Below, in pieces: positions 8,363 to 17,390 of a stretch of DNA of 64,000 nt. The notes beneath the pieces were generated by a model. It saw only the letters and a program-made list of their open reading frames with translations, was not told where the DNA came from and did not search any database. A program made the position numbers and the translations under genes. The stretch is from Anaerolineae bacterium (GTDB lineage: Bacteria > Chloroflexota > Anaerolineae > UBA1429): assembly GCA_963675785.1 (NCBI GenBank), contig OY776562.1, positions 1,440,001 through 1,504,000 of the forward strand, read 5' to 3'. The first letter of the stretch is position 1. The number at the start of each line of letters is the position of its first letter.

Positions 8363-10063
8363 ATGTCCATGCATGAACTGGCCTACACCAAAGGAGGGGC
8401 TCTGGTAGATTACGGGCGCGAGATCGAACAAGAGATCGCCACTCTGCAAGAGCTGATCGAGCAGGCCCCGGATCTGTCCACCTATCCCCCACGCTGGCTG
8501 GCCATCAAGCTGCTAGAGCAAGATGCCGATATCCTAGAAAAACTGGAAAAACTCGGCGATCATGCCGCTCTCATCCAGGCCAGCCAAATTTCAGTTGAGC
8601 ACCTCACCACCGTCCTTGGCGACGATGTCGACGTACTCATCGCCGATCGCCGTTATGGCTATATCGCCGGTCTGGTCAAAGAAGCCGTCAAGCGGCCCAA
8701 TGTCGATCGCGTCACCAAATCCGACAGAATCGACCGCATCGTCACCAATCGCTGGTTGGGTATTCCCATCTTTTTGCTCGCCATGTGGATCGTCTTCCAA
8801 ATGACAGCCAACGTCTCGGCCTATTACCTCGATTGGGTCGAAGGCGTCATCGGCGGCCCCATCACCAACTGGATCGTCGCCCTTCTCGGCTGGCTTGGTA
8901 TCGGTGGCGGATGGTTCGAATCCCTCATGGTCGATGGCATCATCGCCGGTGTGGGCGGCGTGCTCGTCTTTGTGCCCGTCCTCATGTTCCTCTACTTTTT
9001 CCTGGCTCTTCTAGAGGACTCGGGTTACATGGCTCGCGCCGCCTTTGTCATGGATCGCGCCATGCACGCTTTGGGTCTCCACGGCAAGAGCTTTTTGCCC
9101 ATGCTGGTGGGCTTTGGCTGCACTGTACCCGCCATCTATGCCACCCGCACCTTGGAAAATGAAGACGACCGCAAACTGACCGGCTTTTTGGTGCCCATGA
9201 TGAGCTGTGGCGCACGATTGCCGGTCTATACTATTTTTGCGGCAGCCTTCTTCCCAAAAAACCCCGGTGGCCTCGTCTTTGCCATGTACATCGTCGGTAT
9301 CGCCTTGGCCGTCATCACCGGTATGGTCATGAAGCGTACCGTCTACAAGAACAAGCCAGCCGCTCCCTTTGTTATGGAGTTGCCGCCTTATCGTATGCCC
9401 ACCTTGCGTAGCGTTTGGACCCACATGTGGGAACGCTCGGCCGCTTTTGTTCGCAAGGCCGGCACCATCATCCTAGCTGTCTCCATCGTGCTTTGGTTCC
9501 TCATGAGCCTGCCTTGGGGTGTTGAGGATCCCGCCGATAGCTACTTTGGCAAGGCTAGTGCCGCCATCGCGCCCATTTTCGCCCCAGCTGGCTTTGATAC
9601 CTGGCAAGCCGCGGGCTCGTTAGTCACGGGTTTCTTGGCCAAAGAGGTGGTCGTCTCCACCATGAGCCAGGCCTACGCCATCGAAGAAGAAGAGGAAGCG
9701 GAAGAACCAACCACCTTCCTGCGAGATGTCGGCGGCATCGTAACCAGCTTTGGTCTGGCCACTTGGGATACCGTCAAGGCCACCATCAGCCTGGTTCCAG
9801 GGGTCAACTTGATGGGCGAGGCCGAAGAGGAAGCCGAGGATCCGGCTCTCGTCAAGGCATTGCAAAATAGCTTTACGCCGCTCGCAGCCGTGGCCTTCAA
9901 TCTCTTTGTGCTCCTCTATGCGCCTTGTATGGTCGCCATCGCCGCCTTTCGCCAAGAGTTCGGTACACGCTACATGCTCATCAATACCGTATTCCTTACC
10001 GTACTCGCTTACATCGTTGCCGTACTGGTCTACCAGGGTGGCATGTTATTGGGCTTTGTCTAA
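8363..10063 (+). CDS. feoB: FeoB GDI and membrane domains
   Basis: RWLAIKLLE, ADRRY, LEDSGYMARAAF, GFGCTVPA, MSCGARLP, FVMELPPY, AKEVVV and LLYAPC. Confidence 0.92.
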   Translation: MSMHELAYTKGGALVDYGREIEQEIATLQELIEQAPDLSTYPPRWLAIKLLEQDADILEKLEKLGDHAALIQASQISVEHLTTVLGDDVDVLIADRRYGYIAGLVKEAVKRPNVDRVTKSDRIDRIVTNRWLGIPIFLLAMWIVFQMTANVSAYYLDWVEGVIGGPITNWIVALLGWLGIGGGWFESLMVDGIIAGVGGVLVFVPVLMFLYFFLALLEDSGYMARAAFVMDRAMHALGLHGKSFLPMLVGFGCTVPAIYATRTLENEDDRKLTGFLVPMMSCGARLPVYTIFAAAFFPKNPGGLVFAMYIVGIALAVITGMVMKRTVYKNKPAAPFVMELPPYRMPTLRSVWTHMWERSAAFVRKAGTIILAVSIVLWFLMSLPWGVEDPADSYFGKASAAIAPIFAPAGFDTWQAAGSLVTGFLAKEVVVSTMSQAYAIEEEEEAEEPTTFLRDVGGIVTSFGLATWDTVKATISLVPGVNLMGEAEEEAEDPALVKALQNSFTPLAAVAFNLFVLLYAPCMVAIAAFRQEFGTRYMLINTVFLTVLAYIVAVLVYQGGMLLGFV

Positions 10064-10120
10064 TACCTCTGTAACCAAACGACCGCCAGCACAAGCTGGC
10101 GGTCGTCAAGGAGAAAATCA

Positions 10121-10402
10121 TTGTTGAGAAAACTGTTAGCGTATATCGCTCAGGGTAAACTCACCTATCAAGAGATCATGCAGCGTTTGGAAATCAGCAC
10201 CGAATTGATGGGCGCCCTGTTGGCTGAACTGGTGCGCAAGGGCTATTTGGAAATCGTCGAGTCCAGTAGCTGTTCATCATGTTCCACCTGCCCTGGCTGC
10301 TCTGCAGGTACTTTCTGCGGCAGTTCCGCCGAGGTGGCCAACTCTTGGCAGCTTACGGATAGTGGACGTGCCTACCTAGAACGGGCACGTAGCGCCGCTT
10401 GA
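10121..10402 (+). CDS. feoC: FeoC-like winged-helix protein with Cys cluster
   Basis: AAGGAG RBS and TTG start. wHTH ending in LVRKGYL, then CSSCSTCPGC. Lies directly after feoB. Confidence 0.7.
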   Translation: MLRKLLAYIAQGKLTYQEIMQRLEISTELMGALLAELVRKGYLEIVESSSCSSCSTCPGCSAGTFCGSSAEVANSWQLTDSGRAYLERARSAA

Positions 10403-10409
10403 CTGTATC

Positions 10410-11105
10410 CTAGCTCAGCACGCTGCCCAGTATCTGCCGTCCCGGCTCATAGCTCGCCCGTACTTCGTGCAGCATGGCCTCGTAAAAAGCTACGGCTAAA
10501 GCACGGCGTTCTTGGGCGATCTCGCGGCCTCTGGCCGTATAAAAACGATCGTACAATTTGATGAGCTTGAACTGATACTCTTGGAAAAATGAGGCGGGCG
10601 CGTTGCCAGTCCCATCTTGCACCTGCCCCTGCTCATCCAGGGTGTAAATCGGTTCGCGCACCTGCCCTTTGTAAAGCAGCGTTCGAGCGATGCCCAATGT
10701 GCCGGTCACGTCTAGCTTGTCGGCATCGAACAGAACGCGTGCTTCGATGCTCTGTGGCAGATTACTACTGCGGTGTAGTTTACCGTCACGGTACCGATGG
10801 CTGGCGATGCAATCACGTACCCGCCCGGCTCGCTCGTCCGACCAACCGTTGGCTGTCAGATAATCGTAGGCCATGGCCGCCCCTTCTTGGGCGTGACAGA
10901 GCTGCGGATTCTGGAATTGTCGCTCTCGGCCAATGTCGTGCAGCAAACAGGCGGCCAGTAGGATATCCATATCCACCGTTGGCTCGCTCTGGGCAATTTC
11001 CAGCGCCATATACAGCACCCGATAAACGTGCTCCTTATCGTGAGCGCTGTCATTCATGCAAGCCAGCATATAGCCCTCGATTTTGTCGTATTCCGTCTTT
11101 AGCAT
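10410..11105 (-). CDS. HD-domain phosphohydrolase
   Basis: AHDKEHVYRV, LLHDIGR, H...SH and DADKLD. Confidence 0.88.
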   Translation of the reverse strand: MLKTEYDKIEGYMLACMNDSAHDKEHVYRVLYMALEIAQSEPTVDMDILLAACLLHDIGRERQFQNPQLCHAQEGAAMAYDYLTANGWSDERAGRVRDCIASHRYRDGKLHRSSNLPQSIEARVLFDADKLDVTGTLGIARTLLYKGQVREPIYTLDEQGQVQDGTGNAPASFFQEYQFKLIKLYDRFYTARGREIAQERRALAVAFYEAMLHEVRASYEPGRQILGSVLS

Positions 11106-11292
11106 GTCACTTGCTTTCTACTGAGGGAATGCTTGGTTTTACCACACAAGCCATCCGCCAAGCCAAAACAGCATCGTTTGCTTTTTCAACCCGGCGTTCA
11201 GTAAACTGCTTATTGTGCTAGAATAGCAAGCAGAATCAGTGCAACAACCCTTGGTGAGCCCTCAAGGTTTCCTAGTCGTAAGAGGTCGAACA

Positions 11293-12237
11293 ATGGCCCA
11301 GTGCCGAGAAGAACCCATGGATCAGATCAGCCGCACCGTCCAGGAATACCTGGTGGCCGTGGCGCGCCTTCGCGTGGGTCAGGCACCGGTGCCCCTTTCA
11401 CAATTGGCCTCCGAGCTGCAGGTCTCGCCGGTCAGCGTCAACGAGATGTGCCGTCGCCTGCAGGATCAGGACCTGGCCGAATACCGCCCCTACAAGGGCG
11501 TCAGCCTCACCGAACATGGCGAGCGCATTGCCACCTACATCATCCGGCGGCACCGTCTGTGGGAGGTCTTTCTCGTCGAGAGGCTGGGCCTGGATATGGA
11601 TCAGGCTCACACCTCTGCCTGCGGCTTGGAGCATGAAACCAGCCAGGAGGTCGCCGCTCGGCTCAGTGCCTTTTTGGGGAACCCGCGGGTCAATCCCCAG
11701 GGCCTGCCCATTCCTGCCTTTGATCAGGAATCCACCGCCAGCACCGGCGTCCCGCTTGATACCATGGAGGCAGGCACCACCGCCGCAGTGCTCGCCATCG
11801 ACGCCGACGAAGAAACGCGCGAATTACTCGCTACGCAGGGGCTCCATCCTGGTTCGCGCCTTAACATTATGACGCGTACCGGCTCGACGCTCCTCGTCCA
11901 CACCGAACACGGTTCCCTCAGCCTCTCGACCCAAATGGCCGCCGACATCATCGCCGTCGTTGAGCAGGATCAAGAGGATGAGCAACTCAAATCCGAGCCC
12001 GAACAAGTACTCCCTCTGGCCTCGCTGGAACCCGGCCAAAGCGGCCTAGTATTGCGCGTCAATGGGCGTGGCCCTGCTGCACGTCGCATCATTGAGATGG
12101 GCTTTTCGTCCGGCGCCGAGGTCAAGGTGCTCAAACGCGCCCCGTTGGGCGGCCCCGTCGAATACGAGGTGCGCGGCTATCACGTCAGTCTGCGCCGTAG
12201 CGAGGCCGAGGCTGTCATCGTCGAACTCTCTGAATAA
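11293..12237 (+). CDS. DtxR/MntR-family metal-dependent repressor with two C-terminal FeoA domains
   Basis: QEYL...VSPVSVNEM HTH, RRHRLWEVFL and ACGLEH, followed by two FeoA-like segments. Start could also be 11317. Confidence 0.88.
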   Translation: MAQCREEPMDQISRTVQEYLVAVARLRVGQAPVPLSQLASELQVSPVSVNEMCRRLQDQDLAEYRPYKGVSLTEHGERIATYIIRRHRLWEVFLVERLGLDMDQAHTSACGLEHETSQEVAARLSAFLGNPRVNPQGLPIPAFDQESTASTGVPLDTMEAGTTAAVLAIDADEETRELLATQGLHPGSRLNIMTRTGSTLLVHTEHGSLSLSTQMAADIIAVVEQDQEDEQLKSEPEQVLPLASLEPGQSGLVLRVNGRGPAARRIIEMGFSSGAEVKVLKRAPLGGPVEYEVRGYHVSLRRSEAEAVIVELSE

Positions 12238-12276
12238 CGCTCTCACGTTACCAAAACCTTAGAATGCAGGTTCCTT

Positions 12277-12915
12277 ATGGCTTCACCATCGTCCGCTCGC
12301 AGCTTTTGGGATGATTTCGCCCCGCGCTACGACCGTTTCATGAGCCACTTTTCGCCGGGCTATCCAGCCCTCATCCTTCACCTCGATGCCGACCTTCGCG
12401 CTCAAGGCGCAGCCGACATCCTCGAGATCGCCACAGGCACCGGCCAAATCGCGCTCGAGCTAACCCAGCGCGATGCCCACCGCCGCATCTCCGCCATCGA
12501 TTATGCTCCCGAGATGATTGCCCTGGCTCAGGCCAAAGCGCAAACCTTATGTCAAGCGCCAACCTTTAGCACTGCTGATGCCTGCGATCTGCCCTTTCCC
12601 GACCATAGCTTTGATGCCGTCATCTGCGCTAATGCCCTGCATCTCTTGCCCCAGCCAGAGCTGGCTTTAGCCGAGATACACCGCGTGCTGCGCCCTGCGG
12701 GCCTGGCTTATCTGCCCACCTATTGCCACGGCCAAACGCTCCGCGCCCAGATTCTCTCGCGCTGTATGGGCTTGTTCGGTTTCCCTGGCAAGCAGCGCTT
12801 CAAGCAATCAACCCTGCGCAATCTGGTAGAAAGCAGCGGCCTGCAAGTTGTCGCCTCTCACCTGAACTATGAATCCATCCCCCTCTGCTACCTCCGGGCG
12901 CAACTACCTGCCTAA
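12277..12915 (+). CDS. Class I SAM-dependent methyltransferase
   Basis: ILEIATGTG, DACDLPFPDHSFD and EIHRVLRPAG. Confidence 0.88.
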   Translation: MASPSSARSFWDDFAPRYDRFMSHFSPGYPALILHLDADLRAQGAADILEIATGTGQIALELTQRDAHRRISAIDYAPEMIALAQAKAQTLCQAPTFSTADACDLPFPDHSFDAVICANALHLLPQPELALAEIHRVLRPAGLAYLPTYCHGQTLRAQILSRCMGLFGFPGKQRFKQSTLRNLVESSGLQVVASHLNYESIPLCYLRAQLPA

Positions 12916-12926
12916 CCCAATGTCAT

Positions 12927-12960
12927 AAAAAGGGCTGCCGCTTGGCAGCCCTTCACTTTC
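12927..12960. terminator. Bidirectional intrinsic terminator
   Basis: aagggctgcc/ggcagccctt stem between convergent genes, with A/T tails. Confidence 0.7.
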
Positions 12961-12968
12961 TTACATCC

Positions 12969-15536
12969 TTACAGGTTCAAGTGGATATCGTACATCTCGC
13001 CGTGATAGCGAACACGAATCTCGCCCGACCCAAACTCGCTGTGCGCCCAGGCGCTGTCCACCAGCGGATACCCTCGCGTAGCCAGAGGCTCTCCTTCCAC
13101 GCTGGATCGGTCGATCCACCCCGTCACAAAGGTGCCAATCGAGGGCGAATGATAGGTGACCTTCTCCCCCTCACAAACGACGCTGGCTGTGGTAACGGCC
13201 TGCACAAAGGCATCGAAATTGTCCCAATCCGCCTCGCGCCCACACTCCACCAGCCACACGTTCTGGGGCGCCGAGCATTGCAGCTCCCTGCCCTGATACT
13301 GGCCATAGCCATCATTGTCATAGCCGTGCTGCGAATAGATCGCCGCATAGCCCTTGCCCTTACGCACCACCACCCACTTGCCCAACTCACGCACCTCGTC
13401 AAAACGCGCTCGCTCGATCCAGCAGTGGCTCATCCAGTTGAACTTGTCCATCCGCCAGCTCAGCGACATCACGTTCTTGTGCTGAATGATGCGCGGCAGT
13501 GTCGCGCTTCCGCCCCAATAATCGGGGCGCAATCCGCCGCCTTCGCCGCTGGTGCTCGGGCACGTCCAAAACAGCGAAATACCCTCGTCAAAGGTCGCCT
13601 GTGCCGGATGCACCGTCACGTTGTTGGTCCGCAACTGATCCTGCATACTGGCGATGGTGTAATCCGGTGTGCGGTGCACGATGATGTTCGCATCGCGCAT
13701 CGGCTCGCCCTGCCAGCCCTGCAGCAGACCCTGGCGAATATGCGAAGTCACCGTAGCCTGGTCGTCGTGGGCGATATCGTAGAACATCTCGGGCGGCCGA
13801 TAGCGGCTGGTGGCAATGGCCACAGCACCGCTGTTCATGCGCGTCAGATACCCTCTGCCGTAGAGCAGCCAGGTCAACGCCGAGGTGGGGGCAATCTCTG
13901 GATATTTGTTGGGATCGCCATAGCTGCGACCGTGCGGCGTACCCAATACTCCCTTATGGCTGTCGGCGGCCAGGCTAAAGGCCATGTAATCGATCAACCC
14001 CTCGGCCAACTGCCGTAGCTTGTGGTCTTCGTACAAAGCGAAATCCACCACATTGGTCAGCGGCATAATCGAGGCCGCCATATAGGTGTTGGAATGGAAC
14101 TCGTCAAACCCGTAATGCCCCCGCTGCCGAATCCACTCCGCCAAGTACATCCGCCCCTTAGTGGCGTGGTACAGCCCCGGCAACCCCGAGTTGGTGAATA
14201 TCTCCGTGGGGTACAACTGCCCCGCCAGCCACTCGGCCGTGTGGAACAACATGCGGTGGTTCTCCGAATCCATCCACATCACCGTGTCGCCCGGCTCATC
14301 CACCCAATACTTGAATCCCACCACCGCCGACTTGATGCGTTCCTTGATGGCCGGAGACAGCCTGTTCGCCTCTCGATCCATGTACATCAACCGCAACAGG
14401 CCGTTCATCATAAAATCGGCGCAGTCGAAACGGGCGTCGATGAAATCGCAATTGTCGGCCAGTGCCTGCTCGTCGATCTCCTCATAACGCCCCAACGCGT
14501 AACGCGCCACCTGCACCGTCGGGTCGCTCAACCGCGGGTCGGCATGGTCGGCAACATAGGTCAGCAGCGCTTTTCTGCGAGCCTCATACGCATCGGCCCC
14601 CTGCGGCGCCGGTACTAGCTCCAAATTCTGCACACTAAACGCGGTCGCGGCGATGGCCCGCACCGGGCCGTGCCACACACAGCGGATGGTATAGCTCCCC
14701 AAAAGCAATTCCTTTGCCTCTGCCAACGTAACAAACCCAGCCTGCTTTGGGTTGACCTGCGCCACAACCTCGCCGCGCTCATTCTCCAGGCTGACCTGCA
14801 AGTCACCGCCGGGCTCCACACCCAGCTCGATCCCCAGGGTGTCCCCAACCCGAAAGATGTCCCGTTGCAGCGAAATCGAGTTCAGTTCGGCCTCCACCTG
14901 TAAGCGGCGTTCCAGGCTGACCTCCGCACTGGGCCGTACATGGGCGCTCAGCTCCACATCCAGCGGCTCCAGCGAAAAGCCCACCCGCGAGGTACGCCCG
15001 ATGTCGTACATCAGCATACCCAGCTCGTTGTCGCCCTCGGCCAGCTCCATGCTGAACTCCCATTCGGATTTGTTCTTTTCCACCACCGGCTCGGCCCAAT
15101 CGCTGTCAAAGGCCACCTTGCCGTTGAGCCCCACCAAAACCCGCTCGCTGAGAAATCGCGTCAGCCGAAAGCGTGCTGTACCGGCCTTTGCTGCCGTCAC
15201 CACCGTGCTCATGTACATGCAGCACAGCGTGTTGCTGCGGAAATACTTGCCATACGAGAGATAGCGATCGGGCAACCGTACCAGCTCGTGATGTAGCCTT
15301 TGCCCGCGCCAAACAGTCTCCTGCCCCTCGTGGAATCCGCCAGCCAGCAGCGGCAGGCTCTCCTCCATGGCCTGCGCCAAACACTCGGCCCCCACCGTAG
15401 AACCCGGCCGCTCGAAAAGCGTCAACCCCTGCACCGTCGCCGAAACATCCTCATACATCGGCCCCAGAGCCAACCAGGGCTTGATCGCCTCATTCGCCTT
15501 TATCGTGGATGAAAACACACTCTTCTCAGCGCTCAC
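12969..15536 (-). CDS. Large hypothetical protein, possibly an alpha/alpha-toroid carbohydrate-active enzyme
   Basis: AAGGAG RBS before GTG 15536. Host-like codon usage. Motifs RFDCADF, FKYWVDEPG, SENH, GFDEFHSNTY and HGRSY. Confidence 0.6.
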   Translation of the reverse strand: MSAEKSVFSSTIKANEAIKPWLALGPMYEDVSATVQGLTLFERPGSTVGAECLAQAMEESLPLLAGGFHEGQETVWRGQRLHHELVRLPDRYLSYGKYFRSNTLCCMYMSTVVTAAKAGTARFRLTRFLSERVLVGLNGKVAFDSDWAEPVVEKNKSEWEFSMELAEGDNELGMLMYDIGRTSRVGFSLEPLDVELSAHVRPSAEVSLERRLQVEAELNSISLQRDIFRVGDTLGIELGVEPGGDLQVSLENERGEVVAQVNPKQAGFVTLAEAKELLLGSYTIRCVWHGPVRAIAATAFSVQNLELVPAPQGADAYEARRKALLTYVADHADPRLSDPTVQVARYALGRYEEIDEQALADNCDFIDARFDCADFMMNGLLRLMYMDREANRLSPAIKERIKSAVVGFKYWVDEPGDTVMWMDSENHRMLFHTAEWLAGQLYPTEIFTNSGLPGLYHATKGRMYLAEWIRQRGHYGFDEFHSNTYMAASIMPLTNVVDFALYEDHKLRQLAEGLIDYMAFSLAADSHKGVLGTPHGRSYGDPNKYPEIAPTSALTWLLYGRGYLTRMNSGAVAIATSRYRPPEMFYDIAHDDQATVTSHIRQGLLQGWQGEPMRDANIIVHRTPDYTIASMQDQLRTNNVTVHPAQATFDEGISLFWTCPSTSGEGGGLRPDYWGGSATLPRIIQHKNVMSLSWRMDKFNWMSHCWIERARFDEVRELGKWVVVRKGKGYAAIYSQHGYDNDGYGQYQGRELQCSAPQNVWLVECGREADWDNFDAFVQAVTTASVVCEGEKVTYHSPSIGTFVTGWIDRSSVEGEPLATRGYPLVDSAWAHSEFGSGEIRVRYHGEMYDIHLNL

Positions 15537-15639
15537 AGCATCTCCTTTGACCTTCAAACAAAACGCCCAAACGCGCCCATTCTATGCCGAAACCCCCGCT
15601 CGCGCCAGCGTACAAAGAGCATCCCCTCAACTCGCTCAT

Positions 15640-16580
15640 GCCTTACCTCCGCAGGACGCCTAACATAGGTCTCGCGCAGCACTTTACGTCCGTAGGACGC
15701 CTTAACCTAGGCCGGAGACGTCAGCGAACGCAGATCGCCAGTCCCGGCCATACGCCCAATCTGCTCATCCCCACACTGGCCCCACCTCCGCAGACCGCCC
15801 TTACCCTAGACCTCGCACACGTGCTCCACGTCTGCAAGCCGCCTTTACCTAGGCCCCGCACCGCAGGTGCGGCCGCATCATAGGTGCGACGAGATGTCAG
15901 CCGTCGGAAGCGACGGCAAATCCCGGCCATACGCACATCTCCATCCCTCTTTTCCACCCGCTCCACATCCGCAACACGTGCATCCCTAGGCCCCGCACCG
16001 TAGGTGCGGCCGCATCGCAAATGCGGCGAGACCCCTATCAGCAAAGTACGAACTCTGGCTCAAGAGCCTCGACGGAATCCAGTGGATCCCGTCGAGGGTT
16101 TGCAGATGGTAGCACTAGGGTTTAGCCTAGTGCGCCAAAACAAACAATTACCACCTCTCTAAACCTCTTTCACACCCGCCTTACCTCCACAGACCGCCCT
16201 CCCCTAGACCTCGCGCACCTGCTTTACGTCCGTAGGACGCCTATCCCTAGGCCGGAGACGTCAGCGGTTGGTACAACCGCCAGTCCCGGCCATACGCATA
16301 TCTCCCCCCCTCTCTCCCGCTCTACGTCCGCAACACGTGCCTTCCCTAGACCCCGCACCATCGCCAAAGCACGAACTCTGGCTCAAGAGCCTCGACGGAA
16401 TCCAGTGGATCCCGTCGAGGCTCTTGCAGATGGTAGCACTAGGGTTTAGCCTAGTGCGTCAAAACAAACAATTACCACCTCTCTAAACCTCTTTCCCAAA
16501 CGCCTTACGTCCGCAGGACGTGCCCTTCCTAGGCCGGAGACGCAAGACGCTGCTTTTCAGCGTCCAGTCCCGGCCACACC
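15640..16580. repeat. Composite intergenic repeat block of nested palindromes
   Basis: Recurring ttacgtccg(c/t)aggacgcc, ctaggccggagacg...gtcccggccatacg and cctaggccccgcacc. A ~130-bp unit occurs at 16042-16170 and 16365-16494. Confidence 0.85.
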
Positions 16581-16673
16581 TTATCTCCCACCCACAAAAA
16601 AGAGAAAAGAGCCCCGCTCTTTCCTCCACATATCTCACTCTCCGCAGCATGGGGTAAACCCCGCACGCGTAGA

Positions 16674-17375
16674 TTATTCTTTCAGCGCCTTCAAAATATC
16701 CCCTAGCTCCCTCGCTGCTTGTCGTGCTTGTTCTTCCCTTTGATCGTAGACACGCAAAAGCACCTTTTCGACAGCATTGAGCATGGTTTCAGCATCTTCA
16801 CTGCGCACGACATCAAAAACTAGATAGAAATCACCGTGAACAACGCCATTTCCAACTTCCCGAAGAGCTTCTAAAGCTTCTTTGTATGGTTCCTCAAGGG
16901 CCTCCTGGACTAAAAGCTTCTTTATCTTCTCTTTAAGATTATACTCATTTATTCCCCTGTCGCGACACATCTCTTCAATGATTGCTCTGCCGAGTATGAC
17001 AGCAGCCTGAGGTGAGCTATCTACAATAGATCTAGCTTCACCAAGCTTTTGAGACAAACGAGGAGGGACATCGTCTAGTCGAGGTTCTGCAGCCGAGTAC
17101 AGTACGCGACGAATCCAATCACAATAAGGATCATAGGGATCTACCATGTCTTCAGACATGCCCCAGCTGTATTCTACAATCGTCACAGCATGGCAAGCGG
17201 GACACCGAAAGACCTTATACAACTCTCGGCCAGTCCACTCTGAGTCACTCTCACTGTACGGCAACGAACAGGCATTGTAACAAATCATCTCGATCGATGA
17301 GGAATTGCCGCATCCACAGCGTTCGCCACAATCTTTGAGTTGCTCTTCAGTAGCATAACGGATAGCCTGCGCCAT
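16674..17375 (-). CDS. DUF4145 (HEPN-like) protein with N-terminal Cys-rich zinc ribbon
   Basis: CGERCGC and CPAC. SPQAAVILGRAIIE, NLKEKI and LREVGNGVVH. AT-richer than the flanks. Confidence 0.75.
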   Translation of the reverse strand: MAQAIRYATEEQLKDCGERCGCGNSSSIEMICYNACSLPYSESDSEWTGRELYKVFRCPACHAVTIVEYSWGMSEDMVDPYDPYCDWIRRVLYSAAEPRLDDVPPRLSQKLGEARSIVDSSPQAAVILGRAIIEEMCRDRGINEYNLKEKIKKLLVQEALEEPYKEALEALREVGNGVVHGDFYLVFDVVRSEDAETMLNAVEKVLLRVYDQREEQARQAARELGDILKALKE

Positions 17376-17390
17376 GAATCCCCTCCGTTT

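Noticed and set aside
12942-14618. Long plus-strand ORFs (358 aa and 198 aa) and similar antisense ORFs such as 34813-35673 and 35728-36864
   Set aside because: These are shadow ORFs opposite well-supported GC-rich genes and have no recognisable motifs.
15640-16580. CRISPR array or tRNA cluster
   Set aside because: The repeats are nested and of variable length, with no unique spacers. No T-loop, anticodon arm or CCA pattern was seen.
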